Shown: piece after piece, positions 49,896-62,464 of the stretch
Layout of the letters: every line of letters starts with the position of its first letter
Position numbering within the stretch: the first letter of the stretch is position 1
Assembly: GCA_964016885.1 (NCBI GenBank)
Contig: OZ024741.1
Span: 368,032,001 to 368,096,000 of the forward strand
Length of the DNA: 64,000 nucleotides
Reading direction: 5' to 3'
DNA from: Eledone cirrhosa
Taxonomy: Eukaryota
Program-made: the position numbers and the translations under genes
The notes under the pieces: generated by a model
The model's input: only the letters and a program-made list of their open reading frames with translations
The model's database searches: none
What the model was told of the DNA's origin: nothing

Positions 49896-51361
49896 TGCCC
49901 ACCACCATCATGTATCTCATGATCCCTATCACAGGATCCATCACCATATATGTCCCCCATCCTTATGACATATCCATCTTCGCCATGTCTTCACTCTATC
50001 AATATCTACTGGAGTCTCAGGTTTGGTCTTAGGAATGAAAACCAAAGAACTTAAGTAAATAAGTGACTTACTGATAAAATATCAAGATATGATACCAACT
50101 TCTTCCTACATTGGTGTTATATTTTCAAATTAAGTAAAAATGTCTTTGTTTTCAGATGTCAAATTAATTAATTGACATGCTGTACAGTGCCTTACATTAT
50201 TTTCATTATTGCTCATTATCTGGAATTCAACAAGTTGTTTAACTATAAACATCCTCTAATTGAGTAGAAAATGTTGAAAGTTTATAGTATCTTTATGCGT
50301 GGACAGATCATTGTTAAAATTTGTAGTATTAGAGTAAAGACCCCGAAATGATTTAGTAGCATATACCTAAAAATAGGTTTGTTAATTCAAATGTTTATAA
50401 TATCTTTACTAGTGGACATATTGTTGTGAAAATTTGCAGTATTTGAGTAGAGACTGTGATGTAGCCACAGTATTTTGTACTTTTCAAGAATTCTTTTGAA
50501 GGTGATTTCATGCAGTACAGGAGTCAAAAATCTTAATTCATATGAAGCATTGGGCTTTAGATATTTTCTATAGGTCTAAAAGTTTGTTATTGACATCTAT
50601 AAATTGATCTTGCTTTATATGTAGGAAGGGAGTAGAAAGAAACATGATGCCACTATTACTCAGAGCAAGCAGGTATGATAGATGTGTAATGGCACATCTG
50701 CATGTGTGGTTGTTAGTTGAAGTTCTAAGAGAGTTAATGATGATGATTATATTTATTGGTTGTAAATAATTGTGGTAGGTAACCAATGTGTTGGAAAGCG
50801 AATGTGTTTTATCTGTGGGGAAAGTGCCAATCACATTGCTAGGTTTATGGAAGAAGAACAAAAATAGCTGTTATTTCTAGTGCCCCTTTCCAACAGGCAC
50901 GGTGGAGAGATGTTGCCTGTGACTTACATGGCTCTGGTTCTCGCTGTATTGAAATGCAGATGGAAGAATGTTGAAGGGCCCTGGTGGAGACAGGGCTGAA
51001 GTGTTTTGCTAAGAGCTACATCTTGCTAGTGGCTTGAGCAGCTCAATCTGATGTGTCTGTTGCAAGGGACCAAGGTAGACTGAGTGAAAGCAAAAACTAT
51101 TTTCTCTCACCTCAAAATGACCTCCACTCCAGACAAACTGATACCAATGGAGATAACAGAGAAAGTGACAGCAAAGTGCCATCCGAGGGTCAGTGAGTAA
51201 ATAGATTTCACTACAGATAAACATTAGTCTTAGTAAGAAGGAAGATACCCCAATAAATGAAGTTTCTGTAGATTGACAAATTATGGAAACATCAGTGTGA
51301 AAAGTAAAACCAATAAACCAGTGTAGGAATTAGAGAGTTTTGTATTTTGCCTGAAGCATTG

Positions 51362-51743
51362 TGTAACATGTAGAAAATAGTGCTTTATTAGAAAGCTACA
51401 GCAATGCAAGTGGGACATTAAATGTTAAAAATATAACAACAAAGATGTTGGGATGTTTGCCTTGGAGTTATTTAGTAGTCCTTATATTTCAAGATAAATT
51501 CCCTTCATACAAAGAATAACTGAGGAAACTAATTCAGAGTAAGATATCTGTTTAGGCAGCATAAGAATACTGCAAGATACCCTGCTCCGAATTAGGATTT
51601 TATCCCAAAATATAAGAATTGTTAAATAACTCCCAGGTAACAGTGCATCATCTTTGTTCTCATTGATATTTTTAATATTTATTATCTCATTTGAATTGCT
51701 GTGGCCTCCTAATAGAGCACTATTTTCTAATAAACCAGTTACA
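51362..51743. repeat. degenerate fold-back element
   Basis: 51362-51447 pairs with 51648-51743. Confidence 0.6.
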
Positions 51744-51897
51744 ATAGAATAGAATATACAGTTACTGTGGTACAGAATATATAGTTACTGTGGTATAGAA
51801 TATATAGTTACTGTGGTATAGAATATATATAGATACTATGACAGAAATATATAGTTACCGTGGCATTTGAGTTCTCTTAATTCTTCTAATTTATGTC

Positions 51898-51929
<32 letters not shown>

Positions 51930-52194
51930 TTGTTAGTTTCTTTTAAATATGTTATATATGTTTTATGTTATTTTATTATTTAATATTTTCCTGATGGCCA
52001 ACTACTCTCCTTTCATTCTCTGTTAATTTTTTTCTTTTTTTTTTAAAGTTATTTTCTTAAATTTTTAAAAATTTCTTTCTCTCTTTCAAATTTTAATTTC
52101 TAAAATTTTATACTTCAGAAAACTATTAACTTATATTTATTTATATAAATAGGGACACAAAGCAGGCTTTGTTTCGAAATGGCTAGCAAATTTG

Positions 52195-53034
52195 AAAATC
52201 AGGTAGTAACATGTGCTTATGTTGTATTTGACTAAATAGAATTAGTCTGTTAATTGGGATTTTAAAAAACCCTCTGAATGGAAAAAAGGATGAGTATTGA
52301 CGTACATGGGACGCAAATCCATGGGCCAATATTCACCATACTCTGAACGCCTTGCTTCCCTGGGCATGGATTCATTGAAGCTCCGACGTCTGGCAATGGA
52401 CTTGGTGAATACCCACAAAGTTTTTAACCATCTCGCCAACTGCAACCCTGAGCGCCTCTTTGATCTCCATGTGTCTAACACACGTGGACATGCCTACAAG
52501 ATAAGAAAACAGCACAGCTCCCATGACTTTCGCAGACATTTTTTCACGCTCAGAGTTGCTGAGGCATGGAACAAACTGCCTGCGTCAATTGTTAGCTGCC
52601 GAGACACTGCATCCTTTAAGACACTCATGCTTCCCGAAATACGCCAAAACTACACCTGATGTGCCCCTTCCATACACATGCACACATGTGTGTATCATAA
52701 CTCGTGCACTGTTCATTTTACTGATGTTTGTGCATTGCCCTATGTACTGTACATGCACTTTTTTGATGGGTTGTGGTGCACCTGGGCACTGTGCACAATA
52801 TTTCATTATTGTTATTATATCATGACTCATACACTGTTTATTTTCCTGACATTTATACATTATTCTATGTACTATACATGCACCTTTGATGAGTTGTAGT
52901 GCACCTGAGCACTGTACACAATAATTTCATTATTATTATTATATTTTTCATTCAGAGGGTTTTTTAAAATTCCAACTAACAGACTAATTCTATTTAGTCA
53001 AATACGACATAAGCACATGTTACTACCTGATTTT
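52195..53034. repeat. fold-back element (~90-bp arms) enclosing a CR1 fragment
   Basis: 52195-52285 pairs with 52944-53034. Confidence 0.85.
52335..52942 (+). mobile_element. CR1-clade LINE 3' fragment with duplicated 3'UTR (inverted near-twin of 45945-46755)
   Basis: Identical translated stretch PYSERLASLG...LRVAEAWN and the same double tail. Confidence 0.9.
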
Positions 53035-54329
53035 ATATTTATTTATTGTAAATTAACTTGAATCCTGAGACCAGCATATTTCTTGAAAATTTTTTTTTTT
53101 CCCCCAATGTTTTGCATTTTTAAATTATTTTTTGTTTTTTATTTTTAAACCATTTTAATATTTTTCAATTTAGTTAATATATTTTATTTCATTTTATTTT
53201 TTAATAGTTTTTTTTGTTGTTTTTTATTTATTTATTTTCTTCTTTTTTTTCATGTTTATTTAGTGTTCCTCCCCAATGTCTAGACTTTGTTAAATATATA
53301 GAAATGTATTCTTTGAGCAATCGTTGCTTAATCCCCCCAAAAAATGAATGGCGTAATTCTGCTCTAATTAATACATTTTTGTTGATTTTTTCTTAAATAT
53401 TTATTTTAATAACATAATAATACAATTCTTACCAGTTACACTTCACATTTGCACATACTTTTCTATGTAAACTTATCAGCTCTATATTTTGTTTAACCCT
53501 TTTGATACCAAACCACCTCTGGTTCTACAATACAAAGTTATCATCATAATTTTGTGTAAGAACCTTTTTCTAAGTTATGTTCCAAACACCAGTTTAATAA
53601 TGTGAGTTATTCTTGATTATTTTCAAAAAGACAGTGTCTTTCATTAAGAATATGGTAATGAAAGGGTTAAACATATATTGTTTTTTACTTCCTTCAACAT
53701 TGAGTTTCATATTAAATTTCAATGAATTTGTATATACATTTATATATTACAATTGTTGTTAATTATTACATTTTAATAAATGTAAATTATTATTTTCAAA
53801 TATATTTTAAAGGTAAAATGTTTTCTTTGAGAAAGTTTAAGCAATTAAACTTAATTATCTGATCTTAGTAATTTTATTGGTTAAGTGAAATATCACCAAC
53901 TGTAATAGATGTAAGACACAAACATTGATAGAATTTTATTAACCCTTTCGATGCTAAACCGCCCACCCATCCAAAACTGCCTCAGGTTCAAAAATACCCA
54001 TTTTAAAAGATTCCTCATTACGTAATCTTCCAATATTATTTTATATCAGAATCATTTGTTATGTTGCAAATGATATCTTAATAATGAAATAATTAATTTT
54101 AGTAAATTCTACCAAATTCTTCATTGATTAATTCAAATACCATGTATTTCATTAAAGAAGATTCTGGTCATGAAAGGGTTAATTTGATTTGATATTTTGT
54201 AAATATTTTCAGAGATATCACCATGTCAGCACCCATATTGGTTTGTAAGAAATGCACATAACCATATATCCTTGGGGTGGGTGAGGGTGAGGTGGGAGGT
54301 TGTATCACTAGGTTTTAAATAAGTTGTAA

Positions 54330-54718
54330 ATCCAGGCCGAAACAAATGAGATCGTGTAGGTGTCACGACAAAAAAAAACACACAGTCCACGCTGTAAATG
54401 TGGCCGTGTAGGCAACACAGTAAAAACCTCCCAGCCCCACACTGTAAATGTGGTTGGTGTTAGGAAGGGCATCCAGCTGTAGAAAACCCGCCAGACAGTC
54501 CACGCTGTAATGTGGCCATGTAGGCAACACGGTAAAAACCTCCCAGCCCCACGCTGTAAATGTGGTTGGTGGTAGGAAGGGCATACAACTGTAGAAAACC
54601 CGCCAGACAGTCCTATGCGAGCAAGACAACCACTCTTGCCTCAAGTGGGAAAACTCCCGTCCAAACCCATGCAAGCGTGGAACATGGACGTTAAACGATG
54701 ATGATGATGATGATGATG
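54330..54718 (+). mobile_element. 5'-truncated copy (3'UTR only) of the RTE LINE with an internal ~115-bp tandem duplication
   Basis: Close reverse-complement match to 23213-23478; (GAT)n tail. Confidence 0.85.
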
Positions 54719-54987
54719 TTTGTTTTTTTTTACAGGAAATACTGGGATCAATTTTATCAAAAATTCATGAAGAAAAAAGTGAAAGAAATTTCAATGAATG
54801 ACTGATTAAATGTTTTTTGTTGTTTCATTTATAAATTTTGTTCTTATTCCATGTGTATATGTGTGCGTGTGCATATTATACATCTAATGTCATATAAATT
54901 CTGTTGTCATTATATACGCATCACGTGTGTGTGTCTGTGTATATATATATATAAATTTGAAAAAAAGTGTCCCATGTGGCTAAAAAC

Positions 54988-55664
54988 ATGAATGGATAGA
55001 AATTATGGGAAAAGATAGGAAAATGAATGAATAAAGACAGTCCCATCCCATCGATCAACCACTAAAGATACGTTGTTTCAGTGCTTTAAGATTGATACAA
55101 CTAGCTCTTGTGTACAAGGGACAGTAACAAATGGACAAAGAACAAGAAGATAGTCTTAATGGCTTTACAAATAAGAGAAAGTTTGCCAATGACCCATGAG
55201 CTGCAACTGAAAGAAGAGATATCGATGATGCCCAAAATATTGATTAACTAAGAAGGATGTTTTACTTTTCACCTCCGCGTTTGTCTGCCTTTCTCCACTG
55301 ACTCTTTCTCTCTCTTCCTCTCTGCTTGTTGTGTCTGTTTAGGACTTAACATCCAAACAAATGGAAAATACTTTTATTAATGTTTATATATTCTCTATCT
55401 CTTCTACCTTCTTTTTTACTTCTCCTTGGCTAATCAATATGTTTGGCTTCATTAATATCTCATTTTTTCAGTTCTGGCAAATTTTCTCTTATTTGTAAAT
55501 AGTCATTAAGACTATCTTTTTGTCCTTTGTCCATTTGTCCATGTGTGTACACTAGAACCAGATGTATTGATCTTAAAGCAATGAAACAACATATCTATAG
55601 CAGTCAACTGATGACATGGGCCTGTCTGTATTCATTTTCCTGTCTTTGCCCGTAATTTTTATTC

Positions 55665-55668
<4 letters not shown>
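54988..55668. repeat. degenerate fold-back element, ~200-bp arms
   Basis: 54988-55188 pairs with 55474-55668. Confidence 0.7.
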
Positions 55669-55703
<35 letters not shown>

Positions 55704-56333
55704 TGTGTGTGTAATGTCAGGAATTATGTTATCATTGTTTAATTACTGGAACTGCTATTTATGGTATTTAAAAGCAATGTGGAATTTCCTTGTGACTTTC
55801 TTTCCCTTCACAATTTACTTGTTTATAAATCACAGTAATATATAAGTCAAACTTCTATTTTACATACAACATTTACGAATTGAGGTTTTGTAGGTCAGCA
55901 AATATGTTGTATGCTGGTTTTCCATGTCATATTTTTATATAAAACAGTGTGACTTATACACAAGTATATACAGTAATAATCTATTCTGATCCTCCAGAAT
56001 TTGTGGGTATGTTACCTTTCTTATAAATCATTAAAAGAGCAGTGAATTGGCAGAATTGTTAGAGTATTGGACAAAATGCCTCAAGGTATGTGTTCGGGCT
56101 TTTTATGTTCTGTGTTGAAATGCTGCTGAAGTCAACTTTACCTTTCAAATACTGGTGTCGATTTAATCGACTTTCCCTTCCTTCCCAAACTGCTAAACAT
56201 GTGCCTAAATTACAAACCATTATGTGTTTGACATATCATTTCATGTCTGATTTCCATCTTTATTGATTTATTTCTAAGTATTTTTCCTTTCAGTTTATTT
56301 ATATATTTATTCGTGTCTAATGTTTATTTGCAG

Positions 56334-56518
56334 AAAACCGTCCTAGTTCTTTAGTACTTGATGATGAAGAGAGCAAAACCCGAAGCCCAATCCGTCGAGC
56401 CCAAACTTCAGTTATGCAGCAACCTTCAAAATACTTAGCTAAAGACACCAGCAATTCTTCTGATCACCTTCTACAGCCTTTAATTAATGACAGACATACG
56501 TATTCAGAACGTATGTGA
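56334..56518 (+). CDS. PLEKHD1: PLEKHD1-like terminal coding exon
   Basis: tttatttgcag acceptor; phase 1; (K)NRPSSLVLDDEESKTRSPIRRAQTSVMQQPSKYLAKDTSNSSDHLLQPLINDRHTYSERM*; AATAAA at 57045-57050. No recognisable homology, so called on splice signal and frame. Confidence 0.65.
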
Positions 56519-56559
56519 TTTGCAGAAAGATGTTTCACTATACGACCAACCACAATTCC

Positions 56560-57020
56560 TTCAACATCAACAAATAGATACAGTCTACCAACAACAATTC
56601 TTCCTACATCTACCAGTAGACAATTCCACTCTAGATCTACCAACATCTACAGCCTACCAGCAAAGACATTCTACCAGTAGCTACAGTATACTAGCAAAGA
56701 TATTCTACCAATAGATATATTCTACAAGCAAGGACATTCTTCTGTTATATATATTCTACCAACAAAGACATTCTACCAACAGATATATTCTACCAGCATA
56801 GACATTCTACCAACAGTTACAGTCTACCAGCAAAGACATTCTAACAACAAAAACATTGTACCAACAAATATGTACTAACATACATATTCTACCAGTAGAC
56901 AATTCCTCTTATATTTGCTAGTATTTATATTCTACCAGCAGCAATTCCTACTACATGTTGACGAATGTTTGATGATCTACCAGCTGACATACTCTACTAG
57001 CAATCAAATTCTACCAGCCA
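56560..57020. repeat. degenerate ~19-21-bp minisatellite in putative 3'UTR
   Basis: Recurrent attctaccagc/aac..agac. Confidence 0.7.
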
Positions 57021-57742
57021 ACACATCAGACTTTGGTATTTCTTAATAAATCCACACCAATTACCTCCATGTCCTACTTACATGCATCTAACATATCTAA
57101 CTAAAAAAAAATTAATAATAACAGTAATAATAATAATACCAATACTGTTATATTTATAGGCGCTATCTCGCTTTCTTTATCTATCTATATTTCTTTTTTC
57201 TTAATTTCTTTTGATTGCCTACTGTTTTTTTTACATTGAAATAATTTGTGTAGGGCAGAAGAAAATATTGTTGTTATTATTGTTATTGTACTTTGATTTT
57301 TTTAGTGTCTAGCAAACATAAAAATGATGATGATGATGATAATGTTATATTAAAGTTATATTTTCATAAATCCAGCCAAAAAGAAAAAAAGAAGTAGTTA
57401 AATGAATGTCAGTAGTCCAGCAATTTAAGTTATAAAATGTCTTTATCTAAGGAAGCAAGTGAAGGTGTGTGACCTCGTAGTTAGGGTGTTGAGCTCATGA
57501 TAATAATGCTGTGGGTTTCATTCCTGATCCATGTGACACATTGTGTTCTTGAGCAAAACAAAAAATACTTTTAAATTAGTACCAACATCAGCTGGGGGTT
57601 AAGTCTACAATGGACTGGCATCCTGTCCAGTGAGGAAGTATCATGTAGTTTCAGTTGCTTAATGCCAATAAAACTGGGATAAACTTTGGCTTGATGAATC
57701 TCCAAGTTTGTGACGGATTCTAACCTTTTTTTTTTAAGTATA

Positions 57743-57915
57743 AGTTTTAGAATAGGTACACTATATCCTTGTGTCTGAGTTTTAGAATAGGTACACTGTA
57801 TCCTTGTGTCTGAGTTTTAGAATAGGTACACTGTATCCTTGTGGCTATCCTTGGTTTTATAATAGGTACATTGTATCCCTGTGTGTTATTGTTATATCCT
57901 GAGTTTCAGAATAGA
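57743..57915. repeat. minisatellite, 35-bp unit
   Basis: gagttttagaataggtacactgtatccttgtgtct. Confidence 0.85.
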
Positions 57916-58916
57916 CACACCATATCCCACTATGTGTAGTAAGAGATGAAGGGCATCTGGCTGTAAAACACTGTTTTAAAAAGAGAATCATGATAAGTAT
58001 CAATAAACTGTTAGGGGACCTATCAAGGCTCCCACACACACATACACATACTTTGGAAGGAAAAATAACCTTAAAACATTTGTTGTTGGTGGAACTTGTT
58101 TTAGAGAGTTGATGGGATAGATTTGTACATTATTACACTGAATGATTTACTCTATCTAGTTAGGCAATTCACAGCTTTGGGCTTCAAATCTCACTGATGG
58201 CAATAAGCTAAATAACAATAAAATACTGTAAATCAATTAAATTGTGTATACCCTCCCCTTCCACTTAAAAATATATTGACTTTTTATTCAGCTAAAATAA
58301 ATTCCTATCTTCTCTGGAAGTCATGATTGAATAAGTTTCCAGAGTCTTGGTTGTGGGTTTGTATTCTACTGTAAGCACTGTGCTATATCCTTCAGTAAGC
58401 CGCTCAACTCTACTTCTGTAAAACTTCAGTGAGGTATCAAAATGCCGACAAGTTTCAAGGTGTGCTCTTGATTGTAAATCCCAAGACCTACCTCACCCAG
58501 TGGCTGGAAAGGATTTTGCCAATAACAATCCTGTATTATCTCCCTTACCTCTGCCCTGATAATGGCCCTTGTTCTGTCTTCCTTCCAAATGCTCCATGCA
58601 ATATAAGCCATTCAACAAGAAATCAATAAAATAAGTGCTATATAAGTAGTGGGTTCGACATGATCAACTAAACTCCCTTAAAATGGTGCCCCAGTATGGC
58701 TGTAGTCAAATTACTGAAACCAGAAAAAAAATATAGTATCTAAGGCTACCATACACCAGTGCACAGGACCATTGCAAGAATAACAAAATATTCCATACCT
58801 AATTAAACAATCATCTTGACAATTATTTCTCTGCTAATTTGATGACATTCATTGTAATGTTAGTGTGCTGTATGGTGCTTAGATCTTTGATAGATGGGAT
58901 CATTGTAATTCTCAAA

Positions 58917-59068
58917 CAGATCTGTGAATCAACCAACTACCTGCATGTCCCCGAAAGAGATCTGTGGATCAACCAACTATCTGCATGTCCCTGAAAGAGA
59001 TCTGTGGATCAACCAACTACCTGCATGTCCCTGAAAGAGATCTGTGGATCAACCAACTATCTGCATGC
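58917..59068. repeat. minisatellite, 40-bp unit, ~3.8 copies
   Basis: agatctgtggatcaaccaactacctgcatgtccctgaaag. Confidence 0.9.
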
Positions 59069-59599
59069 TGGATTAAAGCAACTAGGAGCCTTTAGTTGGA
59101 GAACATTTGAGGCACCCAGTGTCTGCTGAAAGGAAACATAATGAAAATTAAAAGTACATGAATGTAGGCCTACATTTACAATAATGCTGAGATTCCAGCA
59201 TCAACCTCTAAAACAGAGGTGTCACTCAAAGAAAAGAAATGTATTTAATAACATATATTTTAACTTTTGACAAAAATCTCTTGTTCATAATTCTATTTTA
59301 GTACATATGATATATACTTAAAACAGGACAACACCTCTTGATCTATGAGACCCTAGGCTACAGCCCACATGGCCCATATGTAAATCCAGTACAGGTGATA
59401 GGTCATCTGGATCAGAGCCAAGTTAGGATTACACAACTCCCTACCCATTTGCCATTGGATTTACTACTTAGTACTAACAAAGACAGCAAACTGGTTGAAT
59501 ACCAACTATATATTGTATAGTATTTAGTACCAACTATATGCTGTATAATATTTAGTGCTACCTATATGCTATATACTTAGTGCCAACTATATGATGTAT

Positions 59600-59668
59600 A
59601 AATAATAATAATAATAATGAAATTATTGTGTACAGTGCTCAGGTGCACAACAACTCATCAAAGGTGCA
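59600..59668 (-). mobile_element. CR1 3' tail only
   Basis: (AAT)n + gaaattattgtgtacagtgctcaggtgcac. Confidence 0.75.
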
Positions 59669-62419
59669 GTATTTAGTTACATCTCTTGTATAGTATTTAG
59701 TGTATAGTATTTAGTTACATCTCTTTGTGTTCAAATCCTAGTAGTGTTGACTTGGCCTGTCAATAAAGTAAATTCCAATTATCTATGCTCCCTCACAACA
59801 AAGTTGTAGCATTGTACCAAGTATTAGAAACCAGCTGCAATTCTATTGAAGTTGGCAGAAACAGTGAAGCACCAAACTAAGTAACATCATTCAATAGACA
59901 TTGCACCTCTAAGTGATCATTTGAGATGTTAGAAATAGCAGTCAAATCTCCCTCAAATTACACTTTACTATATTAAAAAAATGTAGTCTTTGATATGTAA
60001 TAAAAATGGGGTGATTATGGCTGGAATACTTTTTATTGTAGGGCAACATCTTTTATTGGATCTTATTGGAAGCTGACTTTGCCTTTCAACCATTCAGGGA
60101 CCCCAAAAAGGAGTAGTCATCTATTGAACTTGAGAGATTAAGGACAAATCTAGTACTGAGGCTGGTTCAGTAAGGATTAAACTCCTAAGTAACTATACCT
60201 CCTAGCCTTTACAATTTGTGGTTCTGTACCAATGTATGAAGTCGATATAATTACTGGGACACAGTTAGTGTTTTTCTCCTCGGATCCCAGTTTGTTTTAA
60301 AGTATTTTAGATTTCCCAGGAAATGCCTTTTGTCATGAGAATACACATAAACAATTCCATATGCACACATTCAGATACATACCCAGACATACATAACTAC
60401 TTGTAAACACACACATATATAAATATATATGCATACACTCATATACCATACATTGTACATACACACAAATCTTTTAATAAAATTGAAAGCTGTTTGAAGT
60501 TTGTATCAAAACAATTTTACAATACAGGAGTGGGTACATTTTTAAACAACAGGAAATTATAAGCTACATTTTTAAAATATTGACAGTAACTATTACATCT
60601 TGGGATGACAGCCAATTTTTCTCTGACTCCCAGGATAAGCAGAGTCGTCAGAACATTAAATAGAATGTTTTGCAGTATTTGTTCAAGCTCTCTGTGCCCT
60701 AAGTTCAAATTCCGCCATGGTCAACCTTGCTTTTCATCCTTTCAAGGTAAAAAAAAAAAAGTGCCAGTCCAGTACTGAGGTCAATTCTCCCTGTATGTGT
60801 CCTTTCTCCTCGTATCTCTCTTCCTCTGGAAAAAAAAAATCGTCTTAGATCAGAGCTGGAGGTATGTCACAACATCATCCCTATGACTCCATTAGGAATT
60901 ACAGGAGCCTCATATGAGAAACCCTAGATAGAGCACAGCACTGGTCACTAGATTGAAGCCATCGACCCTTCAGTCTGTGAACTGTTGATCGCCCACTCCA
61001 CCCCCACCCCAACCATGTCAGTTCAGTGAGCTGTGATATGAGGGAACCAATTTTAGCGTCAACATACAATAGGGAACATTATGAAATAAGATCTTCTATG
61101 TGATCATTCGACCTTGTAGAAATAGCAGCCAAATTACTTTGAAAAAGAAGGGACACATTATTATGATATTCTCCTAGATACACAATGCCAGAAAATAAAG
61201 CAAGATTGTCACAGTTTGAATACCTTTCATTAGGGTTGACTGGGGACTAAACAACAACTACTAATGCAAAGAAAGCTCTGTGTTTTATTTTTTCTTCTTT
61301 GAAATGTAAATTGACCCTTATTGAGTCATTATTTCATCACAAGATGGTCACTTGAATACTTTCCATTGATCATATGTTTGGAGCAATAACAATAACAATT
61401 ACCCTTTTTGATACCAATCCACCCAAAACTGGCTTTGGTTCATAATTTTATATAAGAACTATATGCTTAGTTAATATCTTAGTAATGAAATAATTAATTG
61501 AAATAGTGCATATCATTAGAAATACAGTCACAAAAGGATTGAAATAATATAAAGAATTTTTTTTTTTTGTCTTTGTAAATTAATCCTGGATTGTTATATC
61601 ATAACAAGAAGGTTACAACAACAAAATAATGTAAAGAAAATTTGTTTTTTATCTTTGAAGTGTAAATTGGCCCTAACAACTGTTTCTGTGACATCAGCTT
61701 GAATACCTTTGATCATAGACTTTCTCATTGAAATATTCTTAAGGAAGGTTTTTCTTTTATTCCAAGGTAGCACACCATGGCATCCAAAGAAGAGAATGTG
61801 GGGAAAAGATCTGCACACTCAATCACACTCCACAACAGGATTTTTTAGGCAAGCCAATATGCAGCATTGCCACAAGTGATAGTGAGGCTAAGACTGGAAT
61901 AACCAAGCACTCTTGCAGGCATTCCTTGATACCCTGGCAAGGTGAGGTATTAGGTCTTTGAAATGTAAATTTACCCAAACAACTGTTACTGAATCATTAT
62001 TTAGTTTCAAAAGACCTTCTGTTAGTTACCTTTTACATGTGCAATTGACTAATAGCATAAAACATAAGTGGAGGGAGATGGAACAACAGAACTATCTAGA
62101 ATAAACGCTGGGTTGTAAAATATTGTATCTTGGATATTTACAATGCTATCACTTTTTCTCTTTTTTTTAATTAGTTGTTTAAATTTTATTAATCCAGAAA
62201 AATAATGTAACTTATACCTATGTCCTTTATAACATTTTATAATATATTTGTTAAAATTTATAAAAGATTATATAACTTTTTTTTTAAATATTAAATTTAA
62301 ATTAAAAGGGTTAACCAAAAAACAGGAAAAACATTTACCTTGGATCTTTCTACAGAAAATTCTGTATCAACCTTTTTTATGTATAAATATACATGTATGT
62401 ATATTATGTGTGTACCCCC

Positions 62420-62464
<45 letters not shown>

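Noticed and set aside
49365-50032. Pro/His/Thr-rich ORFs
   Set aside because: Products of a ~20-bp minisatellite open in several frames; no splice support.
50881-51000. Phase-compatible open frame after ttatttctag in a GC-richer block
   Set aside because: The acceptor resembles a recurring dispersed repeat motif (tagct.ttatttctag) and the peptide is unrecognisable; origin of the block is unresolved.
54213-54801. Possible exon pair 54213-54244 (KISPCQHPYWF) and 54736-54801 (EILGSILSKIHEEKSERNFNE*)
   Set aside because: Phases happen to fit, but the donor context is weak, the second acceptor abuts an RTE tail and there is no homology; chance is likely in a 26-kb intron.
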